A DNA stretch of 64,000 bases from Selaginella moellendorffii. Taxonomy: Eukaryota > Plantae > Lycopodiophyta. Location of the stretch: contig NW_003314291.1 of the NCBI RefSeq assembly GCF_000143415.4, positions 1 to 64,000 of the forward strand, written 5' to 3'. The notes beneath the pieces were generated by a model. It had not been told where the DNA came from. It was given only the letters and a program-made list of their open reading frames with translations, and did no database searches. Below, one piece after another: positions 13,268 through 25,735 of this stretch. The translations under genes and the position numbers were made by a program. How positions within the stretch are numbered: the stretch's first letter is position 1; every line of letters begins with the position of its first letter.

Positions 13268-15100
13268 TGTAATGGACTAATTTTTCCTTTTTACTTTAGT
13301 CACTTAACTGCACCTCCGACCACTTGGAGGAGTCTCATTCACAACCTCCATAAGTCCCAGTTAGGACTTGGGGCTTGCCAGCCCTGAGAATGGCATCCAT
13401 GCCACTCAACCTTTGCACTTAGTCCAAATGCTCCATGTGTCCGATCCCATGACTGACACCCCAAAGTACCACCGACATACCAGCCCATTACGCTAGGCCA
13501 TGCCCATTCACCTTGGTCACACCGGTGGTCTAACGCCACCTGCATCATAATCCCGTCTCTCAAAGACTAGGCCATCCATCCATGAGCGATCATCCTAGAT
13601 CTACTCCTTAGCATCCTTAGGATGCCTGCAGACATGGGGAATAGCCTTCCCCAACAACTCTTTTCCAGTCCCCACCAAGTCCCTTTTAGTCCATGACCGT
13701 GTTCGCCAACACTGCCACTGGATCAAGGCCCGCAGGCCTGACCGCTAAGTCCCACTATCCTTTGGGACTTCCTCACCATGTGACTATATCCTTGGTCACT
13801 ACATTAGAGGCCTACTCCTCTTCCCTTTCACTGTTTGGGACTTTGGGACAACATTTCGGAACACCGTGGCCTTATGCAAGCCTCATGGGTACTCTCCCCG
13901 CCTTTCGCCTTTAGGTGCTCTAGCCATGGGCTTAGAGCGAGGTTCTGTTGAGCCACGACAGGTATCCAAGTAGGTAGTGCCACCCACACTTGGACTGGGA
14001 GCATCGGCCAGTCGATCTCCCGGGGGAACTAGAGCCGACTCTTGAACACTTCACCAAGCTACCCCGTTTGTCGGTCCGTGTTCACTCTAGTCTTGGACTT
14101 CCCAGTGGGCAGCTCATCACCCAACACTGGGTCCGGCCTTCCTGGGCCAAACTGGCCTTTCCTGGCCAAACTGGCTCCACTGCAGTCCTCCCCCTACTAT
14201 ACTTTTGGAGCTCACCAAACCCCCCAGGGTCTGGGAGACGAACGCTTTGGGCTTTCACCCTCTCAGACTCAAACTCGGACTCGGACTCGGGCTCGGGCTC
14301 GGTTGGGGCCTCGGCCTCGGTCTCGGTCTCAGTCCCGATCTCGGTCTCGGTCTCGGTCCCGGTCTCGATCTTGGTCTCGGTCTCGACTTCAAACTCCATC
14401 TCAGGTCCATCTCGGACTCCATCTCGGGTCCATCTCGGACTCCATCTCGGGTCCATCTCGGACTCCATCTCGGGTCTATCTCGGACTCCATCTTGGGTCC
14501 ATCTCGGACTCCATCTCGGACTCCATCTCGGGTCCACCTCGGACTCCACCTCGGACTCCACCTCAGACTCCATCTCGGGTCCATCTCGGGTCCATCTCGG
14601 ACTCCATTTCGGGTCCATCTTGGGTCCACATCGGACTCCACCTCGGACTCCATCTCGGGTCCATCTCGGACTCCATTTTGGGTTCATCTCGGGTCCACCT
14701 CGGACTCCACCTCGGACTCCATCTCGGGTCCATCTCGGACTCCATCTCGGACTCCATCTCGGATCCATCTCGGACTCCATCTCGGGTCCACCTCGGACTC
14801 CACCTCGGACTCCATCTCGGGGTCCTTGTCGGACTCCACTTCGGACTCCAACTCGGGTCCATCTCGGACACTTCCACGTGTCATGTGTTGGTCCTTTTGG
14901 GTCCCTTTTTGGAGCCTTGCTTATTGCTCGCTTCGTGCTCGTTCCTCGAGCACTTTGTTGGGAGTTCCACTCCCGCTCTCGACCTTTCAAGTCGGGGCTT
15001 TTAGTCCAAACGTGTTACGCTCATTTGGTTTTCGCTTTGGCCACCACCACATGGCACCCTTCCGGCTCCACTTTGGGGCCTAGGGATTTTGTGCCTCACA
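13268..15100 (-). repeat. LTR (3' LTR of the dimer)
   Basis: TG...CA termini, adjacent PPT, homologous to the other LTRs. Confidence 0.9.
14265..14870. repeat. TCGGTC/TCGGAC 6-mer and TCGGACTCCATC 11-12-mer tandem array within the LTR
   Basis: Visible tandem repeats; it generates the spurious SR/GL/WSPR ORFs. Confidence 0.95.
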
Positions 15101-16282
15101 ACTCCACCACCCATAGACGAAGTTCAATGTCTTCATCGAACGGTAAACCCTTTCATAAAGTAACACCCGCATGTGTTACCATTTCCATCCTTGGCACTCA
15201 GCCAATATCTGTCTATGGTTTGACACCAAAGGCTCACCATGCTTTGTCTATCCTCTTAGGAGCATAGCCTCTCCAACTTAGAAGCTCATTTGACCACTTG
15301 TGGTGGTTCTCTCCTTTTATTGGTTTAGTTCTCACTAAACCTGTTAGAGACACCTTTTCTAATTCGATCCCACTACTTGTTCTCGAGTGGTCTCACTTTC
15401 CAGCGATATAACCCTTGCACTTTGGAACTTTTAATTCTGACTTCTCAAAGTCAATTTCCTAGGTGTCTCCGACACCTTGCATTGCACATATTGTGCAACT
15501 CCACTTCCTCATCCTAGGAAGTTCTCCACTTGAGGGCACCATCATCCTCTGTTCGATTTCATGCCACCTTTGGCATTGAGTTCCAGTTATCATCATCTGT
15601 GCCAGGGCTATCCACGGCCCTATCTTTTGGCTACTTTGCCGCTCCCTCACCTTGAGTTTTTACTTCGCCAAATTGGAGCACTTAGGAATTCATCCTTGGA
15701 AGTCCACTTCCTTTCCCACAAGCCATTAGCATCAAACACATTAGTGTTCCTTGGCTAACTTTGCCATTTGGATTCCTTCCATTAAATTCCATGGCCCAAA
15801 TTTGGCCATTAGTCCTTTGCTCCTATCCTTGATTGTTGCACTCAGCAACACAGGATCGCTACCTTCATTTTCGCCCTTCGGTTCTATAGCAATGACTCTT
15901 CTTTGCCAAGTCCAGAGGATGTTCACTCCTAGTACGTCTCTTTAGCATCTTCTACTATGGGCTTTATCCACGGCCCAACTTCGTGACCCTTCCATGGGTC
16001 TTTTATAGAGACTACTTTCCTCGGACTCACTATGCAAGCTCTATTTCATTAAAGTGGGAATTGTCATTATCCCACTTGTAAAATAAGGTTTCCAAACCTT
16101 TATATAGTATATAAATATAACAAAATTCAACTGCATTGAGGCACATGCCATTTTATTTTAAACAAGGAAATGTCTACTCAATCACTTCTCCTCCCCCTGC
16201 CACTGTTTCACCTCTCTCTTCTCCTTGTCATCGTCGTCCAATTTCTTTCCATCCTTTTAATATTGGCTCAGTTGCTCCGAGT

Positions 16283-18291
16283 CTAGGTGGAGCCCAAGTC
16301 CAACTTCTCAGCTTTACTTTTTGTGGCATCCCGTAGCAGATCGATGAACTTGGGGGCCCCCTTCACGTACTCGTCGATGTCTTCGTTTGACAACTCCAGC
16401 TCTTCCATCATCTCTTGCGTGGTGTCGATGCTCACCCTCTCCACGGCCACTTGCTCGAAGATCCAATCCTTCAATAGCACACGAGCTCTCAGAGTCGTGC
16501 ACAAGTCCTCGTATGTCACAATATGGCCGGGAGTCATTTTGGTCTTGTTGAAGACTACCTCACCATGTAGAAGAGCATTAGCCACTGTCAGAAGGTCGTC
16601 GTTGTCTAGAGACTGCGAGAAACGCAAGGCGTTGAGCTTCAAATCATTGGGCTTCCGGCCGTCCTCCACACCCATTGAGTTTAGCAACTCCCCGTCATGG
16701 TACCTCCTCAGCACATCTACCCATTTGTCAAAAACAACTTTTGTCGCGAGTAGAATGTTATGGATGCTGAGTGTGTCATTGACCCCCAGTGTTTTCGAGA
16801 GAAGACTCGAGAATTCCTGCAATGGAAATGGCATGAGGCCACATGCTATGCCACATGCAACAAGGCTTACCTGCCAGGCGCTAGTTGCTAGTGCACGTCC
16901 TTGTTTTGGTTTTTGTGGCTTCTTTAGTTGAACCCAGAGCTTCCGTGTTCGTGCCAATGTCTCGTGTAGACCCAATTTGTAGCACGTTTCTTGCTTGACA
17001 TTCTGCGCATGGGAGATGTATATGATAGATCGGAGGGGCGAGTTGCCTTTTATCAAGCGGACAACTCTTGTCTTGAAGACTTTCTTCACCTCCTCGCCCA
17101 CCATAATATCCACAACTATCTGTTGCATCGCCAAGCTAGAATGCTGCCCGGAGACGGCATAGAACCGGATGTTCTGATCGTCCAATACCTTCCTATTGAT
17201 CAAGTTTGGAAACCTCGTCTCGCCCTTCATTGTTCGGTAGTAGGGGATCACGTCTGCGATGTCGGGTGTTACTGGACTTGCCAGCATCTTCTGCTTCAGT
17301 TTCTCCACCCACTCATCAGATACTAGCCTGTGGTTGTATTTGCTTTGGATGTTGATGTGGCTCACGTCGATTGTATATACTTTGTTGGAATAGTAACAAG
17401 TACTATTATCTGCGACGATTTTTGTTGCCTCTTCTTGCTCTTTCTGCTCTTTGCGGCTCTTCTTTTTGGTGGGTGTAGTGTTCGAACCCGAGGCAATGGC
17501 ATCACCGAGTAGCTTCTTTTTTGGAGCAGGAGAGTCGGACGTCGGCTTGAGCTTGACCACCCTTTTCTGCTTCGGGGTAGTTTCCAGATCGACCCCCTTC
17601 CCCTTCGCTTCGCGAACTGGAGTCACTCTCAACGGCTCAATGTTGGAATATAGTTTTTGAACATCGCCGTAGGTGAGGTTCGTGGATTCCATGTGATCTT
17701 CATAGACCCGCAGCGTCTTTGAAATTGTGGGCCTCCTGGACAACCTCTCCCTAGCTCCCTCTAGGAATTCCTCATAGCCGTTGCCCCCCTCCGGGAAGCC
17801 GCTAGGATGTGCAAGGTGGATCTTGAAGGCGGACGCTGTCTCTACCACAAGTGCTAGTCCATATTCTTGCATGGAACTACATGGAGTGTCTGTCACTTGG
17901 ATGAGGATCCCCATGCATTCTTTTCTCCCACCATCTGTGTTGTACAGCCTCAGATCCTCGCCTTCCATCCCGAAAGTCCAATTGGTGAGCTCCTCCCCCT
18001 TCTCTGCATCCACATTGACAGTGGCTGGAAGAAGAACGCAATTCCTCGCCTGTTCAGAAATGCACAACAATTAGAGCTGACAGATGAAAAGCTAGCAGCT
18101 GGAAATAACGTGAGCCCACACGCCATTCACCACTGCATCAGATGTCCTGAGGCTGCATCCTAAGATGGCGTGAGGCTACACGCCATTTGTAACCGGACTG
18201 CACTCGAGAGCCCAATCGGTGCATGCCAATGTTGCTACTGAATGACATGTGGCCTCATGCCATTTTCTACTTGGCCTAAAAGACTTACCAT
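16283..18291 (-). CDS. Transposon accessory protein with a ParB/Srx-like domain
   Basis: ATG-only exon 18291-18289, intron 18288-18050 (GTAAGT...AACAG), exon 18049-16871, 54-bp intron 16870-16817 (GTAAGC...TGCAG), exon to the stop at 16283. The motif order VYTIDVSHI..YNHR..SDEWVEKL / FYAVSGQHSSLA / ISHAQN..LGLHE parallels the ParB N-terminal domain. Confidence 0.7.
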
Positions 18292-20121
18292 TTGAAGCCG
18301 AATGGAGGCGTGACAATCGAGGCCGGACTCGCTGGCGAATGTGCACTGTGTGTGCAGCGGATCGCAGCAGCAAGGCTACTCTGCCACTTACAGTTGGAGA
18401 GTGGCGCTGAAATCTCCCGGGACGCCAAGTGGGTTGCGTGTGGGTGGCGGAGTGGGCAGCGGAGTTGGCGGCGAAGTTACAAACTGGGTGTGTCTTGAAG
18501 TGGACGCCGATGCACACGAGCGCGATGCGAGCGCGAGTGGACGCCGATGCACACGAGAAACCTATAGAGAAGGTAGATGAGCACGAATGTGAGCGTGATC
18601 GCGATGCGAGCGCAAGTGTGCGAGCGCGAGTACGAAGCAAAATGCAAAACCTAACCTCACACGCGCGAAATGTCACGACGGTTGGTAATCCCGCAACGTC
18701 ATCATTCCTCGAACTTGGGCGCCACCATTAATTTCTGGATCGCCACGCGCATGCATGCACGTGAAATCCAAAAGAAATCCGCAACGTCATCATTCCTCGG
18801 ACTGCATGCACGCGAAATCCAAAAGAAAGATCATGATTGGGATATCATTTAATACCCTCGCTATATTTATACCATGCATGATTGGATATTCCAAAGCATC
18901 TTATATTTCCAAAAATGCCAGATGTTCAGCTAAATAAAGAATGGTATACAATGTCCTTCTTGATGACCCTGCAAAGAAGCATCTCGATCAGACACCACAT
19001 GAGACCACACGAGCCTTACAATGTTTCAAGGGCATTTGCCATAGATCCGACCGTTATTTTGCTCCAAGATTCTACAGTTTGGTGTGCATTGACCTTTCCA
19101 TCGACACTGCAAAGGGACATCACAATCAGATGCGGGATCACAAGAAACCAACTTCACTAACTCTGGTTTCACCAAGATCTACGTAAGGAGTTATGAAATG
19201 AAAGGACCCTCTCTATTGAAATGTGTTTATGGTCCTAGGGGCATTGTGACATATCAAAGGATTTTGCATCAAGTTCTGTATTTGCATATTTATCAAGCTA
19301 CTGAATTGCTAAACCCTAAACCCTCCCTAAATATGTGGCAAATGCTGCGTGAAGAAAGATGCCCTTTCTGGGCAAATGCTGTAAGAGGCAGATGCCGAGC
19401 AGTTACACGGCGAATAATCTTGGCGCGGATCGCTGACATGGCATGGCAAAGTTCAAATCACTGACATGGCATAGCTGGATCGAGGCAAGGACATGATGTG
19501 ACAAAGTTCAACGTCCGACAGCAAAGTCTAGAAGCTACTCAGTTTGAAATTTGTCAGAGGAATCATAAAATCTGGTTTGTCAGAGGATTTGATGTGACGT
19601 TCAAGCGTGTGTTATTTTTGAATTCTCAAACTCATTCCTAGGTCTATCATTTTTGTGCGCCGTGTTCTTGGTTCCGCTGAGCGCAGTGAGCGCTGCTTGT
19701 GTAAGCGGCGTTGTGAGCTGTGGTTTATGCGTCTACGAGCGGTTGCGGCATTGCGAGCGCCATTGCGAGCGGCAGTTTATGCGAGTGGTAGTTTATGCGA
19801 GCGACGCTATGAGCAGTTGCGGTGGTGCGAGCGGCACTACGGTACCACTAATGGTATGAGGGCTCATGCCATCTTGGGGCTTGCAAGTTCATCACTAGCA
19901 TATTGCCAATAGTTTCTTTACCTGCCTGTAGTTGTGTGTTTATCAAGATGGCATGAGGCCTCATGCCAATTTTGTGAATGCGAAATTTCACGTGGGTGTC
20001 AATAGCATGTTTGAATAATGGCATGTGGCCTCATGCTATTGAGGTTGTTTGGTATGTTATGATTTAGGCCATTCTCCAATCATTTTTTGTATGGTCTTAA
20101 CTTCTTTTCTGCACTTTCAGA
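18292..20121. promoter_or_regulatory. Divergent intergenic region of the transposon (putative bidirectional promoter and 5' intron)
   Basis: CG-rich GCGAGC/GCGCGA repeats at 18520-18630 and 19680-19835, duplicated CCGCAACGTCATCATTCCTCG (18691, 18779), telo-box AAACCCTAA at 19311, splice acceptor TTTCAG at 20120 just before the ATG. Confidence 0.45.
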
Positions 20122-22272
20122 ATGGCTTCCGCAAGTGCGACGCATGTTCCCTCCGTGGATCTTAAGAACCGTGCTACATGGATTCAGGCAAAGGTGTTTC
20201 TAAACAACCCCGAGGGGGAGGTGGTAGCTGAGGGCTTAGCCAGAGTTGTCGATCCAAGAGATGCGGTTGCTAATCAAGAATTGGGCTGGGATGATATTGG
20301 AGTTGCGATTTTAGAGGTTGTTGACACAGAAGAAAACAGTCTGACTATTGGAAGCATTGTGCGGTGGAAATTGAGGCACTTAGTGTTTGAGAATGTGAAG
20401 GATTCACAATCAAACACCACTACAACTGATGACAGAACATCTCTTCATGGGAAAAGAAAGTACACCTTCCTAAAGCGCAGCTAAAGGGATCTAAGCAACG
20501 AACCGAAAAGGCAGAAAATGGCGATGGAGGTTCGAATGGTCTCGACAGTTGCTTGTTGCAAGAGGAGGTGCTGTCAACATGCTGATTGGGATGCTATTGA
20601 AGAGGAGAGAGCAAGATACAAGACATTGTCCTGGAAGGCAGCTCGCAATTTTGTGTATGAGGCATTACGGTCATCTATTGATGCTTCAGAACATCAGGTG
20701 GGGGGCATGGTCTTCCAGAGGGGTTTGGTCTGCATGAAGGCATGGAGAATCATTTATGGAGTCCCTCGAACCACATTCTACAGAATCAAAACTGAGTTCG
20801 AGGAACAAAGGGTTCAACAGGCAGTCCATGGGAACGACGGTACTCACAAAACCAGGGGTCATGTTGTATATGGAGAGGCAATCTTCAAGAGGTTTGTCGA
20901 GACATGTAGCGAGCAGCAACCACATAAAACCCGCCTCTTGGAAGATGGAACTCGAGACACCCAACGAGTTCTCCCTTCCATGTATACCAAGGGGGCCATA
21001 TTGGAAGATGTGAATCGGGAACTCCAGAGTAATGGCTACAGGAAGCTGAGCCAATCTAGATTTAGTAGATTGTGGAGCAACAGGTTCAGGGATGTGAGTA
21101 TAGGAAAGTACTCCAGCTTTTCAAAGTGTGACGAGTGCACTGCTATCAAAATGGCTTTGTCGAAGAATTCTTGCATCGCTTAAGAGCGAGAGACGTTGGT
21201 TAGAAGGCGGCTCGACCACAACATCGAGCAGAGAAGCTGCAGGACTGCATATTATCATAACAGGATTCTCTCCATGGAGAGACCTGACTCTTACCTCTGC
21301 ATCATCCACGACAAAATGGACCAGAAAAAGACGTGCTTACCTCGACTCAATCCTGCCCCCAAGGCAATCTCTTCATCCATGCAGCTGCCTGTGTCTCTGT
21401 TTGGCATAATCGCTCATGGGCATGGTGCCCAGAACTATGGGAACTTCTTTGTACCTCTATGGGGTGGCGGGGGTGCAAACATGATGATTGCGTCCCTAGC
21501 AAAACACTTAAGGTCTCTGCAAAGTGCGCAGACTGAGCTGAACGGCCAACCCTTGCATAAGGCCCTTGTCGATCGAACCCCATACAGGGTTCAGCTGGAG
21601 GAGGAGCAAAGGCTTGCAGTATCGCGTGGGGCCCCATGCCATCCCAGTGAATATGTTGGCCGTCAGATTGTAGGGTTATCACGTGAGGCCTCATGCCATT
21701 CCGACGAGGCTGGTCGCCCGGTGAATGCACAGCCTCATCCAAACGAAGCAGAATCTCAAGGAAGTTCTTGTGGCCGATGTGGCCTTCCACCCCATCTTCT
21801 GCTCCAAACAGACAATGCTGGCAGTGAGAACAAAAACATGTACATCTTCGCGTACTTGGCGATGCTTGTTGCCAAAGGCATATTTGAAACGGTTACACTT
21901 GGCTTTCTCATGGTTGGGCACACTCATGAAGACGTCGATGCCATGTTCAGTCACCTGGCAGAGTCCCTCCGGCGATCCAATGTCCTCACCCTCCCACAAC
22001 TCTACGATGAATTCCAAAATTGCATCAAAGGCACTGTTGAAGCTGCACTTGTGACAGAGGTTCCAAACTTTAAGGGGTTTGTAAGAGGCTACATCAGGGA
22101 CGGATCCGAAACGCTGATTGGCCACTCCAAGCCTCTTCAATTTCATTTCAGCATGCGTGACGGTGCTCCAGTGATGAGGTACAAGATGAGAGAATGGGAC
22201 TTCTCCAGACTAGCAATGCCTCTTGCTACACCTTCACAATTAGATTCGTTAGAAAAAGATAACATTGAATAA
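20122..22272 (+). pseudogene. Transposase pseudogene (copy 2)
   Basis: Near-identical to copy 1, with CAA>TAA stops at 20482 and 21181. Truncated at 22200 by a deletion joining copy-1 position 2008 to 3973. Confidence 0.9.
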
Positions 22273-25200
22273 TATCTAAATGTTCTCACCATTAAGTTAT
22301 ATGCCTGGCTAATAGGAATGACGTTCATCTTGGAAAGCTCACCACACGCTCAATGAACAAACAAATAGTGTGTGCGCGCATGCCATCGCTCTTCTTTAGC
22401 TTCAGATTCGGCTTGTTCACCTTGACAATGAGATTTATTATACAACCAGATGGACTCAGTCTGGACACAAAGTCACCGCGCTAGTCACCATGCCCCAGAT
22501 ATGTCTAGCCCCTGGACAAAAAACATATAATTTCACGTCATTTTCAAATACTTGAAAATTTGTACCTAGTCCCATTTTACTGAATAAATCCCACTTTAAC
22601 GAAATAGAGCTTATGCCATCGCACGGACACAGCTTATTTCCCTTAGGTGCTCTTCTCACTTGATTACTTTGACCAAGCCACACCATCTTAAATAGTTCAA
22701 ATTAACATTTTGAACTAGGAACTTCCTTCCTTAGCCAACCAAGGACCTTGTCCTTATTTGGCCATAAGATTATCTAGTGATCTCACCTTGGCACCTTAAC
22801 AGAGTTGCCAAGAGATACTTGGTCTTCTAGACCTTCAAGTTGTTGACCATAACCCCAGGGGCATCCCCCACACTTGGCGGTGCACCCAAGCCAGCCCTTA
22901 CGGCCAAGGGTCCATAGCAACTGAGATTAGGTGTCCCCATCTCACTCACCACGTCTTTGGTGCCACTTGCACCAAAGCGTTCAAGTTAGATATGCCGAGC
23001 TTTCACTCTAAGCAATCTAACTGTGCATCACGACTCCGAGGCATCCCTCGCTTGGCGGTGTGCCCAAACCAATCTCCCCACTGAGAGTCCATGACCACCG
23101 AAATATGAGTGTCCTCATATTCCAAACCATCACCACGCCCTAGTGATTTGGGACTCGAACCTAAGCACTAGAGGGTCGGGACTCGAACCCAACCTCCGTA
23201 TATGCATCTACGGACGGCATCACACAAGATGCCTGGCATGACTCCCCATGCTGATGCACCAACTTATATTTAAAGCGCGCTACAGATCACAGCTTAGGAA
23301 CCTAGTTCCTCCACACTGCCAAGTCCTCTCACTTGACATGTCTGTGATTATGCATGGACTCCTCCATGCTTAGCCCCATGGGCCACCCTTTTTGAAGTTA
23401 GCACCTTCAACTAGGGTATTTGTTCCCTTCAACTTGCCAATCTCACTTAGCAAGTCATCCGGCCACTGTAACATGGTTCATGCATAAGCGTGAAAGTCCT
23501 TAACCATCGACTTTCGTTCAAAGCCCTCTCTTTGAACAGTCGGGAACTACTTCCCCAACTTTGATAGCTTCGCCTCATGGCAAGCTTCAAGACCACGCTT
23601 CTGCTGCGCCACTCTGATTTTGCACGTTCTATGAACCATTTACACTTGGCTTTCTAGGTATCCAATTACCTAGAATTGTCTTTGGGAACTTTTCGAAGGA
23701 ACTCTGTCCCTTTAGCTTGCTAAGGCCTCTCCTTTCGCAAGCTTTCCAATTGCCATATAGTCGAACATGGACAATCCCATGTTTTTGACTCTCCATGGCA
23801 TCCCTGTTGCTAGTAACAACATGCTTGAGCGCCCACTTGATTCTCCACTCCCTACTTGCATAACCACTCTTGGTCATGCCTGTCAATTCCTATGGTTCGG
23901 TTCTATCCCTTTATTACTTGCCTTTTAGCCTCATACATTTCCTTCGATCATTCTCCTCCAAACTAGGAAGATAGCTTTGCACTTTCTACCATGCTTTGGC
24001 AAATATTCATAGGGATGAACCTACCCAACAGCCTAGGAGTGGTTCCTCAATCCAGGTTTGCTCACCTTGTAATCCCATACCCTAGGATTACTGTTGCTAC
24101 TTATGGGCCTTTATATGCCCATCCTTAGCCTTGCCAAAATCCCCTTTGGCTTTGTCCAATTTGGGTAGACGGACTTCTCCCGTCTCCACAACCTTGGACA
24201 TTTGGATAGCACCTTCTATCCTTCATTCGCTAGGGACTTTGTCCCTTGGGCATTATCTATTGCCCTCATGACACCAAACACCACCTTCTGGTGTTCTAGA
24301 GTGCTTGGGTGTCCCAATGATAGCATCTTTGGCAATGAGCATTCCCTTTACAACATTGACTTACTATCTTGCAGTATAAGCAATTTATCCCTCATAAGGG
24401 TACATCTAACTTCTTTACCCCAATAAGAGGTCTTAGGTAGTTACGTTCTACTAGTTTAACCAATTACTTTGCACCTTTTGCTTAGGTGCCTCATAGTTGT
24501 CAAGTCCTCCAACTCCTTGCTGGTGCTTCCACACCCCCATCATTATCTAGGTCACCACACTCTAACCGCATGCCTTCCAGCTTAGTCTATACCATTCCCA
24601 TTTCCATTGGGATTCCTTTGGACAGGGTTCTTATGAACCCGCCAACTTGACCTCAAGGCAGCACGCCTTGGCACCTTCGGTGTCTCCACACCATCGGCTC
24701 CACGAGCCTACCTTTATGACACTTCTTACTTGTGTCTAAGTATTTTTGCCATGACCAGTATGGTTGCCTCTTATGCCAATTATCCATTAGCATTGCACCA
24801 TAGAGTTCACGCACAACTTTGTGTCAAAGTTGTTTTCTTCTGGGAAACTCTTTCCCACGACTTTAGCATGGCACCTTCTGCCATCAATGAGATACACACT
24901 GTTCTCATGCTTGGATCTCAAGATCCTCCCCATCCTTCGTGGGGCACCACACACCTCAGTCCAAATGCTTCCACCAATCCCTTAGGATCATTCCTTAACT
25001 CTATTGGAGTCATTCAATTCTTTGAACTTTGCTAACTAGACGACCCATGGGGTCCTACTTTTGAGGTGTTAGCTCACTTGAATACAAGGAGTTGTATTCA
25101 TGTCCTACTCACAAGGACCATCTTTGCAAGTGTTACTCCGACACTTGATTTGTTCTCTAGGGGCAACCTTTTGCCCCTTATAACCACTTGTCCATGTGAT

Positions 25201-25735
25201 GAGAATACCAACTCATCCTCTAAGTACACCCTTAACTTCTTGGGTTATTCCAGCATTTATTAGAGGTAGCACTGGCTACCATTTCAAATACTTGTGTCCT
25301 CTTCCGTATTTGACCTCCCACGGTCATTAATCCTGGTCTCACATTCATGAGCACCAACCTTAACTACATGAGGATAATCTTGTGACTCTTTATTGTTTTG
25401 GAGTCTCTATCTTTCCCGTGATCCCAACTATAGTTATTTACCACAACTATATTAGTCAGTTTGCTAAGTCAAACGCTCATCTGGATCACATCTTCAACTC
25501 AATGAGGAAAACCTTGCACTATTCCCAAGATCCCAAAGTCGTTCCATTATTGGCCCTTTTCTATCCACCACCTTGTCTACAAGTTCACACATGAACTGTA
25601 ATGGAGAGCCATGTCTTCCCGACCTGCTACTCCTCAAGGATAGGCCCACTCCTCAGACCTACCAATGCCGACACAAGTGGTGATATACTTGAGCACCAAT
25701 AAAAGTCAGACTAAGGAACAGCTCCGATACCAAAT

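Larger units (their letters stand above)
16036..22612 (+). mobile_element. Sola-like DNA transposon, copy 2 (both termini present; internal ~1.96-kb deletion)
   Basis: TIR AAGCTCTATTTC(A/G)TTAAAGTGGGA at 16036-16059 and its rc at 22589-22612. 4-bp TSD ATGC (16032-35, 22613-16). The empty site CACTATGCCATCGC is seen at ~28557. Confidence 0.92.

Noticed and set aside
13268-15100. Retrozyme (hammerhead ribozyme in LTR)
   Set aside because: I found no CTGANGA...GAAA core with flanking stems by eye; an Infernal scan would be needed to exclude it fully.
13990-15267. Long overlapping ORFs (SR-rich, GLHLG, WSPR) here and at 26.5-27.6k, 32.4-33.8k, 36.4k and 44.9k
   Set aside because: Artefacts of stop-free tandem repeats in LTRs; open in nearly all frames.
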